64,000 nt of DNA from Candidatus Omnitrophota bacterium (GTDB lineage Bacteria; Omnitrophota; Gorgyraeia; JAFGHF01), in NCBI GenBank assembly GCA_042571705.1, contig JBHPFV010000001.1, positions 46,630 through 110,629 on the forward strand, written 5' to 3'. Position 1 is the stretch's first letter. Each line of letters starts with the position of its first letter. The position numbers and the translations under genes are program-made. The notes under the pieces are model-generated. The model was not told the origin of the DNA. It ran no database searches and saw only the letters and a list, made by a program, of their open reading frames with translations. Shown here one piece after another: positions 24,101 through 36,100 of the stretch.

Positions 24101-27100
24101 TGCGCATGATACGGCAGAGTTTATCAATATGATTGAAGGAAATGGACCTAGTGCTGATTGGTCGGCTTTAAAGAAATTGATTAATGGCGGCCCTTGCGCT
24201 GATGAGAACATCAAGAACTTTACCCCGCTTGGCAATCCCGCAAACGGAAAGTGGAACGCCTTATACCGGCCGGAAGTAGCCGAGCGGACTACGATTAGAA
24301 GGGCAATATTTAAGCAGGGCTTGGCTGGACCCTGGAACGATGCCGGGATATTCATGTCAATGGATATGCAGGATGGCTGGTTTGGGCCTTCGGCCTACGT
24401 TGCGGGAATGCCGGAAAGAGACGAGAAGCCTTGTTATGACTTTACACTTTTCCATACTGCACGGATCAGAGACAAAAATAAGGAGTTGCCTGAGAACGAC
24501 AACAAGCAGTACGACATACGTTTGCTGATCACCGATAGAAGTGATCCGCGTAGGCTCTATTTGACCGGTCCTATCCTGACTTCGGAAGATGTCGGTCCAT
24601 ATGGCCAATATGGCTGGGTGCCGGGGACGATTTACAGCTGCGGAGCGATTCTAACCGATTACGACATGGATACCGGAAAATATACATTTGACATATATTA
24701 CAGCGGCTCCGACTCCTTGGTAATGTGCTCCACTGTTACCATCAACATCAAGACGGGTGAGCAAAGCTCAAACAGGGAAGTGTCCCCTGGCCATATTCTG
24801 TGCGCCATTGAACCGGTTTCGCCGTTGATGCTGGGCCTGCCTCTTGCGCAAATACAGCCGTGGATGTGGGCAGCTTTGATGTTAGTGGCGGCAATTTTAT
24901 TCAAAGCAGTGCTGGTTATCAAGGAGGTTAGGTCAGGGGAGCTCAAAGAACTGCAAAAGGCGGAAAGTAAGTGTCTAACATACCGACTATGCTATATTTT
25001 ATCATATTCGATTTACATTGTAGCTCTACTTGCGTTATTGGGCGGGATAATGCCTTATTCAGATGTAGAAATTTTCTCTAATCAGTTAGTCGCTTTTATT
25101 GGGACGTGCCTACTATTCCTGGCATTAGGTCTAGCTGTCATCAGTGCTATCAATCTATTATTACTCCAAGGTGAAGAAAGGGAACTGTTAGTTACTAAAG
25201 GCTTATATAGGTTCATCAGGCATCCTATCTATCTCTCGATAAGAATGGTGTCATTGGCTTACTTTATGCGGGAACCCTCAATAGGCAATGCGCTGGGAAT
25301 AGTAATTTTATATTTAATGACTGAAATTGTAGCCAGGACAGAGGAAAAGGTTCTGGAAGCAGAGCACGGAGAAGAACAAAGAGTATACAAGCAACGGACA
25401 CCCAGATGGCTGCCTCGTAAATCTAGGAACAGGTCCCAAAGTAATCAGGAGCCTGTCCCAGGCGCAATCGGAAGCGTGTCCCGGATTCAAACGGAAGCGT
25501 GTCCCCTATCGGCTGATGTAGGCAATAGCACTTTATCCGTCTTAGGACTGGTAGGGGGCTTGGGGATGATGGCCAATGGCCAATTTGATCTGTCCTTAGC
25601 GATGGTGGCTATATTTGGTTTGGCGATGGTGGGGATGGTGAAAGCTGCGGATAAGAATCGACTGCAGCAGGCGAAAACGGTAAAAGAGCTAGCTCGGGCC
25701 TGGGATGCTCTTTGTGATTCAGGAGGCGACCGAGACGAATTAAATAACATTTTGCTTAGCCGGATTATCGAATTGAGCAAGCATAAAGGAGAGCATATCC
25801 ATATTTTTGATGTCCAGCATTACTATAAAAAGCTGGTTGTTTTGGTGCGGCATAAGGAAGAACTGATCATGCCTGAGCCTATCGCCAGCATGTCCACCGG
25901 CAGACTTATCAAGAGTGTTAAAAGGGACCCCGAGCGCCCTCTAATAACTCCAAAGGCCGGGCAGAAATATGTGCTTAATCCTGGGGTAGTAGAGATCGAT
26001 GGTAAACATTATCTGTTTACCAGGATTTATACGGAAGATGAATTCTCTCAAATCGGGATGGAAGTGTTCGATGCGAATGGGAGGAGATTAGAATCTTACC
26101 CCTGCGCGCTTGATCCTTCAGAGCACCTGGCGCCTTTTAGAGGAAATAAGCTATATCGCCTGGAAGATGTCCGGGCCACCCGCATTGGTCAGCGCGTTTA
26201 CTGCTGCGCCACTATGGTGGAGATGACGCCTTTACCTGGGCCGGAACAAAGAGCGAAAAAAGACTGGGACGACACTTGGAGGCGACAATGGCATTGGCGA
26301 ACAGTCACCACCAGCATTTCCGTAAACGACCTGAAAAAGATGAACTTTAATTGGCAATATCATAAAAATGGCATATTGGTTCCGGAATGGAAAGACGAAA
26401 AAGATCAGTTGTTTAGTAAAGACGGCCTGTTATGGCCTGAGCGCATAGAACTAGGCCAGGGTCAAGCCAAATATCTGGCCTATTGTCGCCGTTCAACTAA
26501 ATCAAATCTGGGTAGAGTGCATAATTTCCCTGTTGATTATGCTGTTTCTGATAAAGTGACCGGTCCTTACAGAGTTTTAAAGAGGGCGTTTGGCCCCAGA
26601 AGACCTCAAGGGGAGCTGACCGGACTGGCTTTTGATACGGCATTTGTGGGCACGACCGGTCCGCCAGTCAAGACCGAAATTGGCTATATAGACCTTTACC
26701 ACGCTGTTTCATTCACTGCCGAAGGAAGGGTATACAGGCTGGGAATTAAAATCCACGACCTGAAGGACCCGACCAAGATTATTTATCGCTCCTGGCTGCC
26801 GATCTTGATTCCTGAGAGGGAATTCGAATTGGCCGGCTGGGAGGATAACATAGTCTACAGCTGTGGCTTTATTCCGGAACTTGAGCGTAATCGCTTGATT
26901 GTTTATTATGGCGCAGCCGATACATGTACTGGCAGAGTGGTAGCGTACCTTGCTGATAACTGGCGTGAACTTAGGCCAAATGACCTTGCCGAAATGGAAA
27001 GCCAAGAACTTAGACAACTCAGCACCATAAAAGATATTTTAGAGCACAGATTAGGGACAGGCCCCAAAGCAATCGGAAGTGTGTCCCCTAAGAGTGCTGT

Positions 27101-30100
27101 CCAGGCCATCAACCCAATTCCACTTTTTATGCTGACCTTTATCGCGGGGGATCTCTCCCCGCCATTAGCATCGGCAAGTGTTACGTTTACAGTTTTAACC
27201 CTTCTGGCAGTTTTTGTAACGTTACTTTATTCCCGCCAAATCCTTCAAATCATCCAAAAAATCATCCAGTCCAACCCGCGGCGGCACCGAAAAGACATCC
27301 GCGGCCGGACAATTGCGCTATTGTTGTTATTGCCGGCGCTGATAGCGATGTCACTAACTTTAGTAGCCGGCGCCATTTTCTTGCATTGGTCCAGGGTCGG
27401 AGGCGTGCTTAAGCCCCTGGAGCGGATCGGCTTTGTAAGCGGTGAGCAATGTAAGGTCACGATCTGGAAATTTAAAACCATGTTAGATGAACCAGGGCCT
27501 GGATTTGCTCGGTCAAAAGATCCTCGGATCAACACTTTGTTTGGAAGAGTAATACGGAAATTAGGCTTAGATGAAATCCCTCAAATCATACAGGTTCTTT
27601 TGGGACAAATAGCCCTGATTGGCATTCGCGCAAAAAGTGACGATTGTGAAGATGATGGCCGTTTTTCCGACTGGGTGGAACAATGCAGGAAGAGTAAAGC
27701 CAATACAGCTATGTTTGCCATAGCCAGGAAGCTGCCATTTGGTCCGATACTGCACAATAATGTTAAGACCCATGAAGACCTCTACGAGTTGCAATTCGAT
27801 ATAGAAGCCCTGCAAAAATTTCCGCATTCGAACGCCATCTATGTGATCTGGAGGCATTTGCTCTACGCCCCCATTCATTTCTCATATGCAGTGCACTACA
27901 AATTGACCAGCCCAAAAGCATCGAAAAGTGAAAGAAATAAGAGTGCCCTGACCCTGCGAAGCACCTACGATACATTCAGTTGGATTCCGTGGAAGAGATT
28001 TATTGAGATTGTGGTGGCGCCGTCCTGGGAACTATTTAAGACCTTCAGGCGTGATTATTTTAGCCGGCACGAATTTAACGAAGATGAGCAGATAGCTATG
28101 ATGCAAAGACGCCTGCGGCTACAGGGTATTCAAGCAATACAGGAGATGACAATTTTCGGATTGGTCTTTGGTTTGTTGGGGGCTGCGACCGCCTCCTGCT
28201 TACTTTGGCCTTCCGTTGCACCCTGGATAAAAGTATTTGCAACATTAGCACTTTCTTTAGTCACTGCCGCTTTGTTCAACATCATCACCCACATGATACA
28301 TAATATTCGTTATCCTCGGGCAGTGTTGACAACTAGAGAAAAGCACTCAGGCCACTTTATTGCTAAACTGATAGTTAGCGATGAAGATATTCGTAGAGTA
28401 GGCAATGAATTAGCAGCGGTTTATGAAAAGGCAAGCCCGGACTACCTTTCACGAATCTTTCCGGCATTGCTTAGCAAGGTACAAGACATTGAGCGTAGAG
28501 AAGAATGGATTAGCCAGCTTAAGGCAGCGGATAACGATTTCAGGAAACTATTATTTATTATGAGAAAAAGACATCCAACTAAATCATTAGCAGCGCTGAT
28601 CCGTAGTTTATCAGGGCTTGTGCAGGGCATGAAAGATATAAAAATGCTTCCTGTTTGCAAAGAGTTAATGAGTGCTTTTGTTGCCAATAGGCCAAAAGGA
28701 GATTTATGCTCGTTCATTAATTGGCCTCTTAGTAAGTTAGTACGGGAAATAAAGGACCCGGAGTTGTTTCTGGCGAAGGTTTTCTATGTTCCGGTAAAAT
28801 TGGGTTTATGGAGGGAGGGAACGAACCGGAGAGCCTTGGATAGGGAAGCAAAAGAAGGTCGAATAGTCAAGATAGGGCGTAAGTATTGGTTTCCTATTAA
28901 AAATCCGTTGAGACCTTGGAATATTATTCACAACCGAACTTTAATATTTTCCGGGCCCAAGCGCCAGTTTGTATATAAAGGCTCAGGCCACTCAGTAATG
29001 GCCACACCTTTTTCTTTAGATAATGATAGGAAACTAGGGATTATGTCCAGTTTTCGAAAAGGTAAAAACATACAACTTTTAACAGGTGGTCTTAGTCAGA
29101 GTGATTCCTCTATGGATGTAGCTATATTATTAAGAGCGGTATATGAGCGCTTAAGAAAAAGAAAAGATCCGGTATTCCAAATGGCTCGAAAGTATGGTGC
29201 TAAAATAGATATGTTTTTAAACCCTATTGTCGTGGTAACTTTAGAAGCCTTGCCAGTAATATTAATGCAGGAAGAGTCAACGTTGCCCAGTGAGACTAAA
29301 AAGCTGCTTACATACTCTATTGCTGATGAATCAATCCCTGAGTCTATAGCATTACCTCAGAGAGTGAAATTAATTCGTACGAAAAAATTTCTTGATTTTA
29401 TTAACATACCCGAGGTTCAAAATGGAAAACCAGTAGAAGAAAGAGATCCGGTAGAATATGTATATAGCGTTCCGGTTAATTTAAGAATGGAGGAAATGGG
29501 TTGCATAAAAGACATTGACCCCATGTTTAGGCATTATGGGTACAAAGTAGAGTATAAGAAAAATGGCTCTGTCGAAGATGTGCCTGCAAGAGGTAGCGGA
29601 GATATCCGGGATGGATATGGAATAAGGTTCAAAAAAGATTATGCTATTGAAAAAGTGTTTAGGAATGGTAAAGAGGTAAACTTTAAACGGGCAGCCGATG
29701 AGGTAGTATTTTCCTTTGCTGCCCGCTGCGCTTTGTTTATCCATATATTGCATGATGAGCTTAATGCTCGCGCGCATAGCGAAGATGGAGGAATATTTAG
29801 GCAGCATAATTGTAACCCGATCACCTTCTTTGACTATGACACAATAAGATACAACTTAAACAGTCTACAAAGAAGAGAAGCAGACTTTAAAGATGTAAGT
29901 GATGCTAAAGACCAGATTATAACCTTGGCCAAAAATTTAGGTGTGCATAAAGACCGCGCCATAGAAGTGTTTAATGAAGTACTAACAGCTGGATCAAAAA
30001 AAGCTAAAAAACCAACAGAACCACATACTAGAGACAGGTTATCAAACCAATCGCAACTGCGTTCCCAATCCGTCAATCTATCCGCCTTTTGGTTTGGTGG

Positions 30101-33100
30101 CTTGGGGATGGGGATGATTGATGCGGTAGAGGTTTTTTCATTTTGCGTTACAGTCCTCAAGGTTATAGGGATTGTGCTGTTACAGGTTTTTGTTGTGGGT
30201 CTCCTTATGTTCTACTTGGTTGTTCCCATAATATTTTTGATTATTGTAAAACGGGATAGAGCGCGATCAGCCAAGCTTAGAGCGAAAAAAGGCCGAGCAC
30301 AAAATGGGTATCCGAAAGTAAAGGGATTCAACGTTGAACACGCCAAAGAAAGTTTGCCTTATGAGAAACTAACTACTCTCGATGAGTATAAAGGAATTAC
30401 GTTTGATGGCAGGGAATTATTTGGTTTTAATTTGCGCCCCAAAGCCTACAGTCTAAATACCGTTTTAACTCATACCTGGTTAATGTTGCGAAAACCTGGG
30501 TTTTTTGTATCGAGGCACGCATTATATGGAGCTATATTACAATCTGCAGAAAAGCATGAGCAGCTTTCGATAGAAGTAGCCAGCAAACTTGCTCAGCCTG
30601 CTTGTTTGTATAAAGTGGGTGGGCAGGTCCGCTTGGTCTTTGATCAAGATTTTATCGAGAGCACAATAAAGTTTTACCACATTAGGCGTGGCTGGAAGAA
30701 CCCTATCGAGACTTCTTTTAGAGAAAAAATACAAGCCTGGCGAATGCGCAAGATAGACCGCGATAGCATATTATGGCCGTTAGTTCAGGTATTAAGTCAT
30801 GAGTTTTGTCATACAAGAAGTTTTGGAGAAAAACACCAAGAGCTGCGGGAAGAAATCAGGTGTGTGGTCAGAGATTCTGAGTTGGTGAGATACGTTTTGT
30901 TTAATGAAAAGAGAAGACGATTCAGGAAAGACGTTGACAAATATAGGAAACTGCTCAAGGATCGTTTCGGTTGTGATTCCTACAACGACTTCTTGTACAG
31001 CCTTGCCGAGGAGGCAGAAAAAGAGATCGGCGCAAAAATTAAAACTTATGTTGATTCTTATTACGATGAATTTAAATTTGTCCCCGGAGTAAAGCCCTTC
31101 CCGGCAGAAGGAAACCATGCACCGTGGTATGTACCGGAAAGATATTCACTAAGAATGGGAAAACGCCGTACTTTAATTCCGGTTTATAGCGAGGACGATT
31201 ATATTGCTAGTGCTATGCGCGTACCTCTTTTATACGAAAATGTTATTAAATATTATAGAGCAGTTTCCCCTTTAAGCGTGTTTCCATATTTGGATTGCCT
31301 TGATGGAAAATGGGAGTTTAATTTTGATCATCCTTTAATAGGCGCCCTAAGGACATTAATTAGGCGAGGGGAAGAGCCTTTAATTTGCGTAGATGCGGGT
31401 GGAGGCTATAGCCTGGCCATGCGGCAGGCCAACAAGATATTTGGATCAGAAATTGACACTTATGTTGTTGACCCTGTCGATTGGCGGGAGGAGCTAAGGC
31501 AGAATCAAAAGATCTTGGCAAGACTACTGGGCTCAGAGCACGGAGACATTCTGTTAGAACAATATGAGCCGACATTTAAAATCGAGCCGATGGAAGAAGC
31601 TAGGCTGCCAAAAGGCGTAAAATTCATTACAGCGATAGATTCCCTGAAATATTGTCGCGACCCATTAAAGGCGATTCAGAATTTATACAACCAGTTGGAG
31701 GTGGGGGGCTTTTTAATCTTTAATATAGGTAGCTCAATACACAAAAGCATTATGATTCAAATTGCGGCTTCAGACAGACCAAAGGAATTCTTGCCTCTGT
31801 TCAGTAACGAAATTAGCAAATTTACTAAGAATCCTCAGTATTGGGAAAGAGCCTGGAAGGTGTTTGTTCCCCTTGGTCCTGGTAGCTATAAAGAAGGAGT
31901 AATGGTAGTTGCCTATAAACAGAAAGACGAGGTATTGCAATTTAACGCTGAACTTGCTAAAGACGGAGCTCATCAACTGATAGCTGGGCTTGCCCTAACT
32001 TTTTATGTGCGGAAGGATCAGCAAGCCCCACTACTACAGTTCTCTTTGAGAAATCGTAGCGGAAACTGTTCTCGAGACGGCACAGCCCTATCCGCCACAT
32101 GGTTTGTTGGCTTGGGGATGGGCAATATTGGTATCTTGGGTTTTATTGGTTTAGTATTGTTTATCTATGCGCTGGTTGTAATCTTGCTCAAGCCGGCCAG
32201 GGAAAAGAAGTTATCTACAAGAGCCCAGAGGCGCCGCTCCAAAAGGCAGAATTTCTCTACCAGAAGAAGAATAAATAAATCTATAGCCTATTTGCTGGCG
32301 ACAGCGGGCATAGCCGCATTGATTGGCGACTTATTTGGCGTTGAGCCGATGTCCAATGACAGTTTTGACATTATCTTTGAGCGCCACCGCAAGAAAGATG
32401 ATTTTGCCAATCACAAAAAATACCTTAGCAGACGAATCGCATCCGCAAAGAAGGCAGACAAGAATGTCAAATGCATATTGGAATGGTCGGATCCGGAGAT
32501 TAGTACTCCGGAAGGCAGAGGAATTTTAAGTGCTTATAATAGCGGGAATCGCCCTTTGGCGCAGAAGCTCCTTAACAATAACCGAAGCAGCGCAGAATTA
32601 TATTTTAATCAAGTCATAGAAGGGCGGGAGCCAATAGAAGAGCTGATAGCACAGCTTAAAGGAACAGATGGCGGCGAATTTAAGATTGAACTGATCAAGT
32701 TCTTGAAGAGTAATAAAGTGGGAGTGGTTTTGGAAAAGCTGAGCCTGGAATCCTGGAAGGAAGATATTCTCAGCTGGGTTAAAGAAGAGCAGGCTCTTCA
32801 GGCATATACAGTTAACAATCTTGATTTATTCAATGAATTAGCTGCTTTGGTAGTTGAGCATAAAAGAAAATCTATAAGCTTGCGCGATTCTGATTTAAGA
32901 ACTCAGGTAAAGCGGCTGATGCGCAACAAAGATGTTTATCTTTTCGGTTTTAGAGGAATTTCTCATACCGGTACAGAAAAAGGGCTGTTGAATGAGCAGT
33001 TTACTGTAACTGCACGCCCCAGCAGGCATAGTAGAGCAGATGAATTGGAGTATGGATTCTGGGAGATTTTACTCAAAGGGGCCTTAAACAAAACTTTTGC

Positions 33101-36100
33101 CCCTTCAGAAATTGCGGAACTTATGTTTAAACACCCCGCCTGTACTTTACTTTATAGGTATTTTGTTAATCAGCAATCTATGGATAGGGCCAAGGCCACT
33201 GCCATGGCGCGGAAGATTATATATCGAGATACGATCAAAATGGCCCAGCTTTATCAGCTAGCCGAATATCTTTCTGGACTAAGTGATAGAAGCGATCAAA
33301 ACTTAGAACGAGAAACCTACCAGTGGTTCAAACAGCCCGGTTCCGAAGCCAATCGGGAAAATAGGGACAGCGACCGATTTCCGGAAACCCTCTCCGTCTT
33401 TGGGAAGGAAGGGGATGGTTCACCGATTGGCTCTGGCTCAACTTTCCGATTAGATAGGGAGCAGGCCCGACAGTACGAACGGAGAAAGATAGAACGGGCC
33501 GCAACATTTACTAGGGAAATATTAGCAGATGATGAAAATAGAAGAGCAGATGTATGGGAGGCGCATCTCTGTCAAATACATTCGCTTTTGTTGGATTATC
33601 TTCTCAACGTAATTGGAATCGAAACGGATATTGTTGCAATACTTTGGAAACCGCTCAATGAAAATTACGCCCATGTTCATTATTGCGGTAAAACAGCAAC
33701 AGGTGTATACGCCGACGCTTTACCGGAAAGAAACGGTCTTAATTTGGATGTCAAAGATCAGGGTTTAGTTCTTTATCCGGGTGATGATGGATATAGCGAA
33801 TACCTGAAAAGTGAAAAAAGAGCCATGTCACTTTATCTTAGAGATCATTTCCAACGAACACCAAAGGTTGTTTTGTTAGGTAATGGGTATTTCCTAGGGA
33901 AATTCATACAAATAATGACCGCATACAAAGGGCAAATCGTAAAATTTACACTGTCCTGTTTATCTGTAGAAGCGGCGAGTGGAGAAAGTGTTCGTTCTGA
34001 TCGGGCCAATGTCTCAGATAATGCAACCCTATCCGTCTTGGGGCTGGGGGGCTTGGGCCTGATGGGTGGCTGGGATATCGTGGGCTTGGGGATTGGCGTG
34101 GTGCTGTGGAAGCTATTACGAAAATCACCATCAGTTCATAAGCTAATAAAGCCAGCCTGTTTAGTAGGGGTATTAGGCATCGCAGCTATATTACTTATTC
34201 CGGAGCTGATTGCGGCGGCAGGAGAGCTTAAGCCTTTGCTTCCGCTAGGTGGTGTAGGTTTGGCTATGGGGGCAGTGTTGGGGGGAATAAAAGGCACCAA
34301 TGATAAAGGTAGCTGTGTTGCGTGTTATAGCGGAGGAAAAGAAAGTATCCTTGCTATACAACTAGCAGCAAAGCAGGGCCTTATTGTTTCTCATCTCCTA
34401 GAGTGGGGGGTAATCGCCGAGCCTGAAGATCGATCAACCTTAGATGGTAGATGTGCCAGTTTAACCCGAGCACAGGCAGATATCTTAGGGATTCCCCTAA
34501 TACAGAAAAGAGAGCCTAAAGAAATACAAGCACAAGTTTGTCGAACTGTGGTTGAAACACTTTCAGAACAGGGCAATGATATCAGCGGAATAGTTGCCGG
34601 AGATATGCTTCCTAGGGAATTTGATAAGCTGGATACACTTTGCAATGAAACCGGTCTTAAGTTATTTGCGCCATTGAGAGAAAAGACCTCTGAGCAAATC
34701 TGGTCAGAACTTAAAAAGGCCGATATTAAAGCAGTAATTACTAACGGTATTTCTAATTTTATCGGAAGAAATATGATTGGCCGTCAGTTAGACGATTCAA
34801 TTATTGAAGAGTTAAGAAGAAAGAAAGTTGATATTATAGGTAGAAATGGTGAGTATCATACGCTAGTAATTGATTCGCGTTTATTCCCAGAGAAGATTGA
34901 AATAGTAAAAGCAGAAATTGTTAAGGCTAGTATATTTTGGTGGATATGGGATATTCATGAATATAGAAGGGTTCCCAAAAATAGCGACAGACGCCAATCT
35001 CCGGAAACCCTATCCGCCTTTGGATTTGGCGGATTGGGAATGCTGTTGGGCAAAGCGAATTGGATTAATGCTGCTCTGTGGGTTGCGGCGGCTATAGTTA
35101 CTGGCATTATCATTTATGTCGCAAGAAAATCAGAATTGTCTCAACAGGGGCTGGAACTGGAGAAGATAAGAAGTATAACAGAAGATAAAGACTTTTTAGA
35201 GGCTTGTAAGTATTTTAATTCTCAAGTGTTGCCAGCGCCAATTTCACTTGGAGACTATCCCCATACGGACAGCGGCCATTATCGCCTAAGGTGGTTCTTG
35301 ATGAATTATTTATTAATCAATAATGGATACACAGCGTTTTATTTTGAGAAACAGGAACTCCCTTTACTTCGCCATCGGCCTGAGTATCAAAACCCCGCGC
35401 TTTTAGTTGAACTGATAAAGGAACGCAGCGGTCCCAGAATAGACACCTGTAAAACAGATTCTATTTACGCTGGCAAGGATGATTTGGTAGGGGCAGAGGA
35501 AAAATCTGCAGAAAACAAGATCAAGGTTTTGGTAATAAGCGATGAAACTATATCCTGGCTGATAGAGAGGCTAAAGAAGATAGATGATTCTCTATGTGTT
35601 GAGAGTGCATCTGCTGATATGGTAAGTGCCCTGCAAAAGGTGAAGCGGGAAAGGAGCGGATTTGACATAGTAATTATTGGCGGGAGTACGCCAAAGATGA
35701 ATATCCTGCAGTTTGTGAAAGAAGTAAGGGAAAAATCTGCTGATACATTCTTTATTGTTCAGAGCTCTTTAGCTGTAGGAAGATTGGAACAAAGCCTGGT
35801 AGAAATAATCGATATGTTTGTCAGCCGGACTGACTTTACAACAGAGCATATTATGGGCCCTGTGGTTGAGCAGGCCAGGCAGGTGGCCGTACTCACCAGC
35901 AATTGCCTGGTTGAGGCAATTGCCTTAAGAGATAACAGATCTAAGAGGGAATTGGCTAAGAGATTTGCCAAGTATTTTACTTCTGAAAAAATAAAGAATA
36001 AAGAAATATCATTTGAGAAGGCTTTAATGATTATGAACAAGGAAAATATTTCTGATAGTGATCTATATGTTCAGAGGCGAGTAGAGCATCTCTGGCACGT

